64,000 bases of DNA. It comes from a virus. Of this stretch, positions 1-8,436 are shown piece by piece. Made by a program: the position numbers and the translations under genes. The notes beneath the pieces are model-generated. The model searched no databases. It was not told the DNA's origin and saw nothing but the letters and a program-made list of their open reading frames with translations. The stretch's first letter is position 1. Each line of letters starts with the position of its first letter. The stretch covers positions 32,001-96,000 of the IMG/VR virus record IMGVR_UViG_3300021185_001174; one strand, written 5' to 3'.

Positions 1-397
1 CTCCTTCATAACCATCAGCCCACCAAGTTAAATCTGTATCAGAATCAAGAGTATTCCATGCAACACCTTGGGCAACTTTCATTTGATTACTAGTACCACT
101 TACTTCATCAAAGATTATTTTATTAATGCCGTCACTATCATTAACTTGTACTAAATACATTGATAAGCTTGATGCATTAATATATGAACCACTATCTTTC
201 ATTTCAATTCTATTATTATATCCTATCTGGTCAATACCTAACTGTAAATTATTACCCGACTGCTCGATACTAATAACATTGTCATCGGCATTTGCAATTA
301 GTGGTAATAAAAGACCGGCCAATATAATAATAGGCCAAAACAGTATACTTATCCATATTAAAGCTTTCATTGAGTATTCTTCTATCTTATCTAGCAT
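1..397 (-). CDS. Curlin-like secreted protein, 5' part only (runs off window); not in the ORF track
   Basis: Manual translation from ATG at 397: MLDKIEEYSMKALIWISILFWPIIILAGLLLPLIANADDNVISIEQSGNNLQLGIDQIGYNNRI...; the mature N-terminus closely matches DDNEIMIEQSGDTLTLYIDQIGYGNKI of ORF 1465-2205. Confidence 0.75.
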   Translation of the reverse strand, partial: MLDKIEEYSMKALIWISILFWPIIILAGLLLPLIANADDNVISIEQSGNNLQLGIDQIGYNNRIEMKDSGSYINASSLSMYLVQVNDSDGINKIIFDEVSGTSNQMKVAQGVAWNTLDSDTDLTWWADGYEG

Positions 398-398
398 T

Positions 399-1511
399 TT
401 AATTCACCTGATTTATATATATGAGGATGTCTTCACTATCGTTACCTGTTATTACTCCATTCCATGTTGGTGTAATAGTATCTAGTGTAAAGTTACCACC
501 CGCCGCTAATTTTATTCTTATAATTCCATTTACGTTTCTATATAGTACTAAACTACCATCTTGCAAAAATACATTATATTGGGATTCATCATTAAATCCT
601 CTTGCGGCTCCTTTGATATCAAACTCGCCTAATGTATCGAATAAGTCTTTTGAATCTAAAATATCCAATACGTCAATTAAATATTCAACATCCAATTCAT
701 CTATATCCAATTCAGTAAAATCTAAATCCGTTTCTTCTTCTAGTGCATCTTTCTCTAATTCATCAAACTCTAAAAAGTCTATATCTAAAAAACCTTTATC
801 ATCATTCTGTTCATCTGCCAATTCTTCCTGAATCTGGTCTTTCACTTCCTGTGGGGGTGAAACGATAAACATATTATCAATGGACGCTGGTGTGATTCCA
901 TTTATTTTAACTGGCCTTGTTGGTGCGCTATCTAAAGTACTCACCATTGTTGCTTGATAAACTTCGGTTAGAGTTACTACTCCACCTAAATTTTCTACCT
1001 CTATTTCACCCGATGGGTCACCATTCTCATCAGGTAATAATATAATTAAAGACCTTCCTAACTCATCTACTGTTGTGGTAAAGTCCGTACCTCTTATAGC
1101 AATGGATGCCGTAGGGGTAGATATATCAATATTAGCCTTATTAACCAAACCTAATCTACCCGAAGCAAACCTGGCTGTACCCATTGTGAACTTCATTGTC
1201 ATTTTGGAAAGGGATGGGTCAGCATCATAATATACTTCGTCAATTAAGACTTCGGTGTGTTCTTTTAGAGATAACTGAGCCTTATCTAAAAACTCAATTA
1301 ACATCTTACCCTTACCAGTTTCGGCAACGTCATTTAGTTGCACAGGTATATTATTTAATACCTTTATCTCTTCATTATTTCTTAGTATTTGCCCAACACC
1401 TATGGACTCTACAATACTCCCAATATCATCATCCGCAAAGGAATTTGATACCAGAAGTAATGTACTAAGAATCGCCGTTTGTATCTTGCTGATTAATTTG
1501 TATTGTTGCAT
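399..1511 (-). CDS. FecR-domain exported protein with acidic C-terminal region
   Basis: Signal-peptide-like N-terminus; FecR-type pattern D...TG...M.IEFLD...L.EHTEV.ID and ISTPTASIAIRGTDF. Confidence 0.75.
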   Translation of the reverse strand: MQQYKLISKIQTAILSTLLLVSNSFADDDIGSIVESIGVGQILRNNEEIKVLNNIPVQLNDVAETGKGKMLIEFLDKAQLSLKEHTEVLIDEVYYDADPSLSKMTMKFTMGTARFASGRLGLVNKANIDISTPTASIAIRGTDFTTTVDELGRSLIILLPDENGDPSGEIEVENLGGVVTLTEVYQATMVSTLDSAPTRPVKINGITPASIDNMFIVSPPQEVKDQIQEELADEQNDDKGFLDIDFLEFDELEKDALEEETDLDFTELDIDELDVEYLIDVLDILDSKDLFDTLGEFDIKGAARGFNDESQYNVFLQDGSLVLYRNVNGIIRIKLAAGGNFTLDTITPTWNGVITGNDSEDILIYINQVN

Positions 1512-2205
1512 TGTCTGATGTTATATCTAAATTAATTACTGCATTAGGTGAAACACAAGCAACACCTGCTCCAGTGGCACATGTACCACTAATTTGATTA
1601 ATATCAATATCTGCACTATCGCCAACTAATTCAACGACCATTGATTGAGCTCCATCATTCTGCAATGTATTAATGTTATTACTATCTCCAGTAATATCAA
1701 AAGTCCATGTAGAATCATCTGCTTCAAAGTCTAGGTCGAATATATTAGAGCTACCAATTAAAATTAAATCCGCATCTAATCTTTCAGCACTATATACATA
1801 ACCTTGGTCTAAATCAAATGTATTACTATCTCCAGTAATATCAAAGTTATAATCTGAATCGTCCGAACTACCGACATAGCCGATATTCCAGTCCACCTCG
1901 TTTGAATCTCCCAGTAATGAGAACGTCAAAGAAGATGAATCTAAGTCCAAAGGACCATAAATTAAATTCTGATTTCCGACCATATCAATATCAAATGTTA
2001 ATGATGAACCAACGATAGTCATATCAGAACCAGATGATGAAAAATCATCTAATCCAATTTTGTTACCGTATCCGATTTGGTCAATATATAGAGTTAAAGT
2101 GTCACCACTTTGTTCTATCATAATCTCATTATCATCTGATGCTTGTGCAAAAAGAGAAGGAGTCAACAACAAGCTTAAACTTAAACTAATTAATGTTTTC
2201 TTCAT
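1465..2205 (-). CDS. Curlin (CsgA/CsgB)-like beta-solenoid protein
   Basis: Signal peptide (SLFA-QA); repeated N-x-I-x-I-x-Q-x-G / GDSN units rich in D/N/S/G/I; directly downstream of csgG. Confidence 0.7.
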   Translation of the reverse strand: MKKTLISLSLSLLLTPSLFAQASDDNEIMIEQSGDTLTLYIDQIGYGNKIGLDDFSSSGSDMTIVGSSLTFDIDMVGNQNLIYGPLDLDSSSLTFSLLGDSNEVDWNIGYVGSSDDSDYNFDITGDSNTFDLDQGYVYSAERLDADLILIGSSNIFDLDFEADDSTWTFDITGDSNNINTLQNDGAQSMVVELVGDSADIDINQISGTCATGAGVACVSPNAVINLDITSDNATIQINQQDTNGDS

Positions 2206-3124
2206 TTTTCTTTTCCTCTATTGAGTGCCTTTCGTTTTTCCCATCATGTTGATGAGGATGTCTATGGCCCTCGGTTAAATTCCAGAACTTACGGTCATGA
2301 CCCTGGTATATTAATTCAAGTACTCCTGCCTCTATGGCTGCTCGTACCGCATATGTCACACTCTCATTATTTCCCACTCCGTCCTCGTATTCAATTAGTT
2401 GTGTACCCTGTTCATAGAACCTGAATACATCACCACTTGAACCATAAGAAAGAACCGACTTCTTACTTTGGACGTTTAATAAAACTTCACCAGTTAAGAC
2501 TGAAACTGCTCTAATTGCAACAGTTACTACATCTTTCCTATACATTCTACTATAACCAATACCAAGTGTCCTTGCGCCTCGACCACCTGTTTCAGTATTT
2601 GTATCATAACCAATAATGCCACCTTCAATAATTATTCCAGCGAATAAAAGTGGACCCAATTCCTTTGCAGTGTTTCCTTGGCTCTTGGCCATGTCTTGTC
2701 TGCCGCTACGGATAATCTGTCTTTCTCTTACTAGATTATCAATACCTTGTCTTTCTGCTACTCTAAACCATGTACCGCCACCTGCAGTCTTAAGAGCATC
2801 TATTAACATTTCAGTACCGCCTTGGGTAACTGCAGTAGAGAATGAAGCTATGTTATCTACTGATTTTCTTTGTCCAGTTAAATCTTTAAATGAATAAACT
2901 GCAACAACTGGTCTATCTTTTGCTGGTGGTAAATTTAATAAATCTACAAATGCAGGTAACTTAACAGCTGTAGGATGGTCAACACATATATACTTACGAG
3001 ACTTAAATTGATTCCATAAGTATGGTTCATCATCAGCACATTTCTGTGGGTCTTTCGACCACTGCGGTATAGAAGCACAACCACTTAAAAATAAAATAGA
3101 TATTAATAAAAGTCTAACCATCAT
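2186..3124 (-). CDS. csgG: Curli secretion channel CsgG (lipoprotein)
   Basis: Lipobox LSGC; VAVYSFKDLTGQRK, FSTAVTQGG, WFRVAERQGIDNLVRERQIIR, IIEGGIIGYD are CsgG hallmarks; start refined to MMVRLL. Confidence 0.93.
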   Translation of the reverse strand: MMVRLLLISILFLSGCASIPQWSKDPQKCADDEPYLWNQFKSRKYICVDHPTAVKLPAFVDLLNLPPAKDRPVVAVYSFKDLTGQRKSVDNIASFSTAVTQGGTEMLIDALKTAGGGTWFRVAERQGIDNLVRERQIIRSGRQDMAKSQGNTAKELGPLLFAGIIIEGGIIGYDTNTETGGRGARTLGIGYSRMYRKDVVTVAIRAVSVLTGEVLLNVQSKKSVLSYGSSGDVFRFYEQGTQLIEYEDGVGNNESVTYAVRAAIEAGVLELIYQGHDRKFWNLTEGHRHPHQHDGKNERHSIEEKKNEENIN

Positions 3125-3608
3125 CTGGGTCCTGACTAAAATTACCAGCACCTACTGGTATTTCTATGATAGTTTCGGAACCATCTTCTGTTATAATTGT
3201 CATTCTTATTACTTCTGAACCATCAGCATTAGTAATAACTTCGTATGTTACTGTAGAACCTTCTAATACAAATGAACCAAATCTAACAGAATCATCATTA
3301 CTAAACATTGATTCTACTAGTTGTTTTGCCATCTGTGCATATATTCTACTCTCTAAGTTCCTAATAAACTTGGCCAATACACTATTATCTTCTTCTCTTT
3401 CTGCGGCTCTTCTTGCGGCTTCTAAAGCATCTTCTATTGCTTTCTTTCTAGTATGTTCAATATTATCTATGGTAAGATAATGGTTACCAGTACCAACTCC
3501 ACTAAAGGATGGATTTTTAAACCCAAATTTTATTTCATCTGCCAATACTGGATATGATACTATAAATAATACCATAAGTAAAAGCACAATATTTCTAATC
3601 TTCATCAT
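3114..3608 (-). CDS. csgF: Curli assembly component CsgF-like
   Basis: Signal peptide then EIKFGFKNPSFSG, matching the CsgF N-terminal F-x-F-x-NPxFxG motif; FIRNLESRIYAQ; immediately upstream of csgG. Confidence 0.85.
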   Translation of the reverse strand: MMKIRNIVLLLMVLFIVSYPVLADEIKFGFKNPSFSGVGTGNHYLTIDNIEHTRKKAIEDALEAARRAAEREEDNSVLAKFIRNLESRIYAQMAKQLVESMFSNDDSVRFGSFVLEGSTVTYEVITNADGSEVIRMTIITEDGSETIIEIPVGAGNFSQDPDDG

Positions 3609-3867
3609 TATTTTCTTTCGCCTCATTAATAACTTGTTGTCTAGCTCTATATTCTAAAACTACATCAACTTTTTGTTGTAACCTAATTAAATCTTGGTCC
3701 AACATTCTTGTCTGGTCTATAACTCTTATAAGAGCTATATGCATTTCATCTAACTTTGGTTCTATATGTGTATTAATAAATGACCAAACATAGTAAATAA
3801 AATAACCCATCCCAACTGCCATCACAACAGGGAAACCATATTCAGATATTAACTGAGCAATATCCAT
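3595..3867 (-). CDS. Small membrane protein with one N-terminal TM helix and coiled coil
   Basis: ISEYGFPVVMAVGMGYFIYYVW hydrophobic segment; same layout as 3867-4163. Confidence 0.7.
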   Translation of the reverse strand: MDIAQLISEYGFPVVMAVGMGYFIYYVWSFINTHIEPKLDEMHIALIRVIDQTRMLDQDLIRLQQKVDVVLEYRARQQVINEAKENNDED

Positions 3868-4163
3868 TAGTCTCTCCTAGTATCTAGCTTTCCATCTTCT
3901 ATAAAGTTTTCTGCCCTAGCTATTCTAGTAGTATCTGGTCTTAAATCTAACGCTGACGATACCAATAAATCTATTTTAATCATTTCATTACTCATTGTTC
4001 TACATCTATTCTCCAATGAATTAGCAAATATTGTTAGTGTAGTAATCTTATCTACTATACCTTCCATTATTTGTTTTATTACAATAAAGATAAATACTCC
4101 CATTACAAGAGAGCCTGCAATAGGTGCACCAACGTCCGCAATAAGTTTAAATACGTCTTCCAT
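3867..4163 (-). CDS. Small membrane protein, probable paralog of 3595-3867
   Basis: IADVGAPIAGSLVMGVFIFIVI TM segment; its stop abuts the start of the next gene. Confidence 0.7.
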   Translation of the reverse strand: MEDVFKLIADVGAPIAGSLVMGVFIFIVIKQIMEGIVDKITTLTIFANSLENRCRTMSNEMIKIDLLVSSALDLRPDTTRIARAENFIEDGKLDTRRD

Positions 4164-4168
4164 GTATC

Positions 4169-4176
4169 TATTTATA
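4169..4176 (-). promoter_or_regulatory. T4-type late promoter TATAAATA heading the curli-like operon
   Basis: Exact TATAAATA 5 nt upstream of the ATG at 4163; gp55 is encoded in the window. Confidence 0.8.
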
Positions 4177-4229
4177 AGGCTTAGGCGCCCAGATGCTATA
4201 ATCCCTCCAATTTCTTAGAGGGAAAATGC

Positions 4230-4493
4230 TTAGTGAGTTTGTGCTAGTTTAACAGCCTTTACACCAGTAATACTATTAGCTACTTCAAGAGTTTCTGTAA
4301 TAGCCTTTCGAATATTTACAACTTCTCCAGTATTAACTGTTACTGAGCCTACTGTATTTGAACCTTCTTTAATGGTTACCAACTGTGCAGCGGCATTAGT
4401 GTTAAGGACTCTAACAAGTGAAGCACGTGATACATTAGAAGCAGTATTACTTAGTGCTACTTCTACTGCCTTTACTTTAATTGTCTCGGCCAT
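4230..4493 (-). CDS. Small beta-rich hypothetical protein, possibly virion-associated
   Basis: 87 aa ORF with GGAG RBS, V/T/N/A-rich, in a late region. Confidence 0.6.
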   Translation of the reverse strand: MAETIKVKAVEVALSNTASNVSRASLVRVLNTNAAAQLVTIKEGSNTVGSVTVNTGEVVNIRKAITETLEVANSITGVKAVKLAQTH

Positions 4494-4504
4494 TTTTTCT
4501 CCTA

Positions 4505-4696
4505 TTATGAACTAACTAAATTTAGTTCTTCTAAACTTTTGTGCCAATCTGAGTATCTGAAAAGTCCTTGCTTTTCATGACACCAATACCAGCCCTTACT
4601 TTCTTGTTGCTCTTGTGGAATACTAGATTCTACCCTTAAAGGGCCTCTAGCCTTTTCATAAGTCTTTCGGCTCGTTTCGTTACCTGTTTGTGCCAT
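4505..4696 (-). CDS. Small hypothetical protein (GWYWC motif)
   Basis: Fills the gap after lysozyme; start uncertain, overlaps lysozyme 3' end. Confidence 0.4.
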   Translation of the reverse strand: MAQTGNETSRKTYEKARGPLRVESSIPQEQQESKGWYWCHEKQGLFRYSDWHKSLEELNLVSS

Positions 4697-5103
4697 CTTG
4701 AATCTCTGCCTTCTACAGCAGCCTCCTTCCAATCACCACACTGCAGCGCTGCATTGTGCTTTCTAAATTTACTTAAGCGCGTAAGTCCCATATTAAACAT
4801 CATATTTGCCACTATTTGTTTTACTTCTTCTGGATATCCATCCCATCCTTCATGTAATGTTTTACAGTCAGCGATGACAGTCTGTACATCTTTCTCAAAG
4901 CAATCAACTGTTCGTTCTTCTGATACTGGAGTTCCAACAGGTTGCCCAAACTCTGGGTCTGTTTCGAGGACCAAGTGTCCAATTCCGAAAGTTGGGTAGC
5001 CCAGATGGTCTTTATAAATCTCGTTAACCTTACCTTCATCAAATGTCAATTGCTCCCTTAACTGGTCAATATCAATATCTTTATTTTTTCTTCCGAATAA
5101 CAT
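4636..5103 (-). CDS. e: T4-type lysozyme (endolysin)
   Basis: DEG...IYKDHLGYPTFGIGHL catalytic motif (E-8aa-D-5aa-T); MMFNMG; W...RAERL. Confidence 0.92.
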   Translation of the reverse strand: MLFGRKNKDIDIDQLREQLTFDEGKVNEIYKDHLGYPTFGIGHLVLETDPEFGQPVGTPVSEERTVDCFEKDVQTVIADCKTLHEGWDGYPEEVKQIVANMMFNMGLTRLSKFRKHNAALQCGDWKEAAVEGRDSRWHKQVTKRAERLMKRLEAL

Positions 5104-5206
5104 TTTCTTTCCTTTTCTTTTTGTTATTTATCTTATTATTTATCTCAAACAATAATCTTTCTTTTTCGACAACCTGCCAAAACTTCTTATCTACTTCTTC
5201 AAACAT
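5081..5206 (-). CDS. 41 aa basic ORF ahead of lysozyme (not in track)
   Basis: ATG 5 nt after a late promoter; MFEEVDKKFWQVVEKERLL...; could instead be an untranslated leader. Confidence 0.35.
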   Translation of the reverse strand: MFEEVDKKFWQVVEKERLLFEINNKINNKKKRKENVIRKKK

Positions 5207-5211
5207 ATTTT

Positions 5212-5219
5212 TATTTATA
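5212..5219 (-). promoter_or_regulatory. Late promoter for lysozyme unit
   Basis: Exact TATAAATA. Confidence 0.75.
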
Positions 5220-5226
5220 TCATCCA

Positions 5227-5928
5227 TTATACTATTCCAGTAAATTTAAAGTATTGGTCACCATTAGTTGATGGAGTTCCACTATTACCCATATAGGCAC
5301 TTAGTGGATGTGTAACTCCCAAATTGGCCATATTCCAAAACCAATATGCCTCAGAATAGCCCGTATAGTTACTATTACCAAAGGAGCTTGCAGCTGTTCT
5401 ATTAAATGTGAATGTTGGACTACCACTATCATTTGACTGGTCAGCATAGTACTCTATTGCAGTAAATCCTGAATTTGATAATGAAGTTGTGCCAGTACTT
5501 CCAGTGCGTTTCATATATAAAACGAAGCTATTAGCATTAGTGCTGTTAATCCCAAACCAACCAACTCTGGTACATATTAAATTTGTGCTTGAGCAACTTC
5601 TTCCACCAAATGTAATATTATTGCCTTCAACAATAGTATCATCATCAATAGTACCACCTTGGCCTGAAACTGAAGGATTTGCAGTATATTCTGAAGTATA
5701 AGAAGTAACGTACTGACTAGCAAAAACCACATAATCGGGCTGTACAACCATATCATATAATACTTCTGCACTTTTTCCATAAAAGTCAGCTAATTCGATT
5801 TCACCTGAAGCTACTCCAGCAAGGGTTCTAAAGTTTGCATCATTAAGAGTATATTGTCCTGGGCCGCCTATATCAAGTTCGGTAACGATATCTCCCATCG
5901 CAATCTGGCCTGAAGTTTGTAATGGCAT
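5227..5928 (-). CDS. Virion fibre/receptor-binding-like protein
   Basis: N-terminal MPLQTSGQI...SGEIELADFYGKS module typical of marine phage fibre proteins; S/T/G/N-rich C-domain. Confidence 0.6.
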   Translation of the reverse strand: MPLQTSGQIAMGDIVTELDIGGPGQYTLNDANFRTLAGVASGEIELADFYGKSAEVLYDMVVQPDYVVFASQYVTSYTSEYTANPSVSGQGGTIDDDTIVEGNNITFGGRSCSSTNLICTRVGWFGINSTNANSFVLYMKRTGSTGTTSLSNSGFTAIEYYADQSNDSGSPTFTFNRTAASSFGNSNYTGYSEAYWFWNMANLGVTHPLSAYMGNSGTPSTNGDQYFKFTGIV

Positions 5929-5931
5929 TTA

Positions 5932-6786
5932 TTACGCCTCTTCTCTTGTATAAGCCTTAATATGAGTAAACGCACGAGTAGTTGTATTATATACACAACC
6001 CCAAATCATTAATTTTGGTTTAATACTTGAGTCACTAATATTATAGGGAAATGTGTACGAATTTTCAGTACACCATTCTTGCATTGCATCTGCATCAGCT
6101 AAGAAATATACATCAACATGTTCATTTACATTATTGGACTTATCATGTATTCTAGCATAGAAGTGATAATCACCCATAGGTAAGTTACTTGATACATTAG
6201 TATAAGTAACATCATCTACTCTTAACATTTCTTCAGCAGGAATAACAAACTTAGCCAATACTTCTTCTGTAGTCTTATCAAACTTTAAACCATACCATGG
6301 CATATATTGTTCATAACTTGCACCAAATGTTGTTTTAATTTCATCAGATGGTTCTTCAAAGTTATAAAAGGAAATACTATCATTAGTATAAGGTGGTCTC
6401 CGCGCTGGGTATTCTGCCACTGTGTTTTTAGGATGTGTTGTATATGAAGAAACCTCATTCGGCCAAGTAGCTTGTAATTTAGCAATTATTGCTTGACCTT
6501 GTGTTGTACCTATTGCATAATCTTCTCTTGCTAAACTTCCACCCATATAGGTTTTATCAAGTACGTTTGTTTCATTTACTTCCCTAGTAACATCAATCTG
6601 AGCTTTAATAGAACCAAACTGCTCATGATAAATTTTTAAAACTTTATTTTCTGATGCACTGGTATTTAAAGTAGAATCATTATTTACTTCAGAGGGACTT
6701 TCGATAGTAATATTATCTATTGAAAGTGTAGTAGTATAACCTGATGGTGATTCTAAATTTTCAGTGTGTGTATATGTAAATGCCAT
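5932..6786 (-). CDS. Hypothetical protein between two fibre-like genes
   Basis: 284 aa ORF tightly packed with neighbours. Confidence 0.6.
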   Translation of the reverse strand: MAFTYTHTENLESPSGYTTTLSIDNITIESPSEVNNDSTLNTSASENKVLKIYHEQFGSIKAQIDVTREVNETNVLDKTYMGGSLAREDYAIGTTQGQAIIAKLQATWPNEVSSYTTHPKNTVAEYPARRPPYTNDSISFYNFEEPSDEIKTTFGASYEQYMPWYGLKFDKTTEEVLAKFVIPAEEMLRVDDVTYTNVSSNLPMGDYHFYARIHDKSNNVNEHVDVYFLADADAMQEWCTENSYTFPYNISDSSIKPKLMIWGCVYNTTTRAFTHIKAYTREEA

Positions 6787-8171
6787 TATGATAGTCCTGT
6801 TATTGCTATTGTGTGTGTATCGTTATTACTAGGTGTAGTGTTAATACCAAAGTAATTAGAGTATGATTGATTTGTGTTCCAGGATAAAAATGCTCTAGTG
6901 TAACTACCACCGTCAGTAAAGGATAAAGTTGCACTACTAATTGGTAATGTTAAATCAGGAGTTCCTGAATTATCAGATTGGTCTAAATAAATCTCAACAG
7001 CCGTAAACCCTGTTTTGGTCCATGAAGTTCCGTGGTCAGGACTATGGTCTTCAAGCGATATACTAAAAGCAGAACTTACGGTTGACGAATTAGTACTGGA
7101 AAAATAAGCACTTTTTATCTGTATATCATTTGTATTTCTAGTAAGGCCGCCAAATGTAATAGGACCACTATTTGGAAATGTTGCATCACCTAGTGTATCA
7201 TCTATTCCTGCAAAATTGGTGTCGGTGACCATATAGCCACTATAATAGTAGGTAGTATAACCTGCAGTAAACCCCCAATAATCAGGCAATATAGTAGTAG
7301 TATGGGTAATTATCTGAGGTACAAAAGTCTTACTATAAAAATCAGAAAATTTAATCTCTGCAGGAGGACTGCCTTCTTCTGGGATTCCTGTTACATTACC
7401 TATAACATCACCATTTTTATAATAGTCGGATATAGCAACGTTAAGATTATCAGCACCGGTCATTTCTTCTGCAATACCCGTATTAAGTGTAGTAGTTGTA
7501 GTACCAGATATAATTTCTACATCATAACTAGTACCAGCACTAGGAGTACCTAGGGACGTTATCGCATTATATACAGTTCCAGAACTTCCATGCCATTCCC
7601 ACCAGCTATTTCCAGCTTCGTTTTGGTCATAGGCTAAATCAGTTCTATTTATTGTTACTGCAGTTCCACCATTAGTTGTAATTTTAATCTTTTCAAAAGT
7701 ATTATCACTATTAGTAACACTAGAGCCTGATAGCGCAAAACAAAAAACTCTATTGCTTGCATTGGGCGGAGGTGATGCATCGGGTAAGCCCCAAGTAAGT
7801 ATTTTTATTGTCCTAGAGATTAATCCAGCATCTGAATATGAAGTAGAACCTAGACTTCCGTATGCACTAGTGCTGGTAAATTTTCTAAATTCATTGGCTG
7901 CTAATGGAGCATTCATTGGCCATCTCTGATGAATATAACTACTAGAAAAGTTACTAGCCGCAGAGTTAAATCCATACATATCACCTTTCCAGACTTCGGT
8001 CGCTATATAGCTGCCATCTTCATTTTGTTCTACATTTTGTATCATTGACATTAACGCATCAAGACCAGTTGTCATAGTAGTATCGAGCAACTGTGTCTCT
8101 ACCGTAGTAGAAGGATTAGTATCATTTAATCCTTGTAATTTTATTTCACTTCCTGAGGCTACTAAGGTCAT
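6786..8171 (-). CDS. Virion fibre/receptor-binding-like protein; C-domain paralogous to 5227-5928
   Basis: EIKFSDFYSK module; shared PDY, ITFGG, GFTAxExYxDQSxxSGxP motifs. Confidence 0.6.
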   Translation of the reverse strand: MTLVASGSEIKLQGLNDTNPSTTVETQLLDTTMTTGLDALMSMIQNVEQNEDGSYIATEVWKGDMYGFNSAASNFSSSYIHQRWPMNAPLAANEFRKFTSTSAYGSLGSTSYSDAGLISRTIKILTWGLPDASPPPNASNRVFCFALSGSSVTNSDNTFEKIKITTNGGTAVTINRTDLAYDQNEAGNSWWEWHGSSGTVYNAITSLGTPSAGTSYDVEIISGTTTTTLNTGIAEEMTGADNLNVAISDYYKNGDVIGNVTGIPEEGSPPAEIKFSDFYSKTFVPQIITHTTTILPDYWGFTAGYTTYYYSGYMVTDTNFAGIDDTLGDATFPNSGPITFGGLTRNTNDIQIKSAYFSSTNSSTVSSAFSISLEDHSPDHGTSWTKTGFTAVEIYLDQSDNSGTPDLTLPISSATLSFTDGGSYTRAFLSWNTNQSYSNYFGINTTPSNNDTHTIAITGLS

Positions 8172-8434
8172 TTAATAATCTCCGTAATTAAATCTTCAAA
8201 CTGTTCTATCTTCTCTACTCTATTGGGCCAAAGAATATACTCTTTTTCTGGATTCTTCTTTAAATTGCTTAATAGGGGTAAGATACTATTATATAGTTTG
8301 TTTAATTTATCTTCTAGTTGTTGTACGTTAGCAGATGCTGTTGAAGCTTCAGTCTTTACACTTTGGACTGCTTCTAGTTCGTGTTCATCTACTGCTGTAA
8401 AGCCGAAGTCAAAATCTAATAAATCGTTGCTCAT
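8168..8434 (-). CDS. Conserved hypothetical protein (coiled coil)
   Basis: DFDFGFTAVDE and LKKNPEKEYILWPNR motifs recalled from marine T4-like phages. Confidence 0.65.
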   Translation of the reverse strand: MSNDLLDFDFGFTAVDEHELEAVQSVKTEASTASANVQQLEDKLNKLYNSILPLLSNLKKNPEKEYILWPNRVEKIEQFEDLITEIIK

Positions 8435-8436
8435 AT

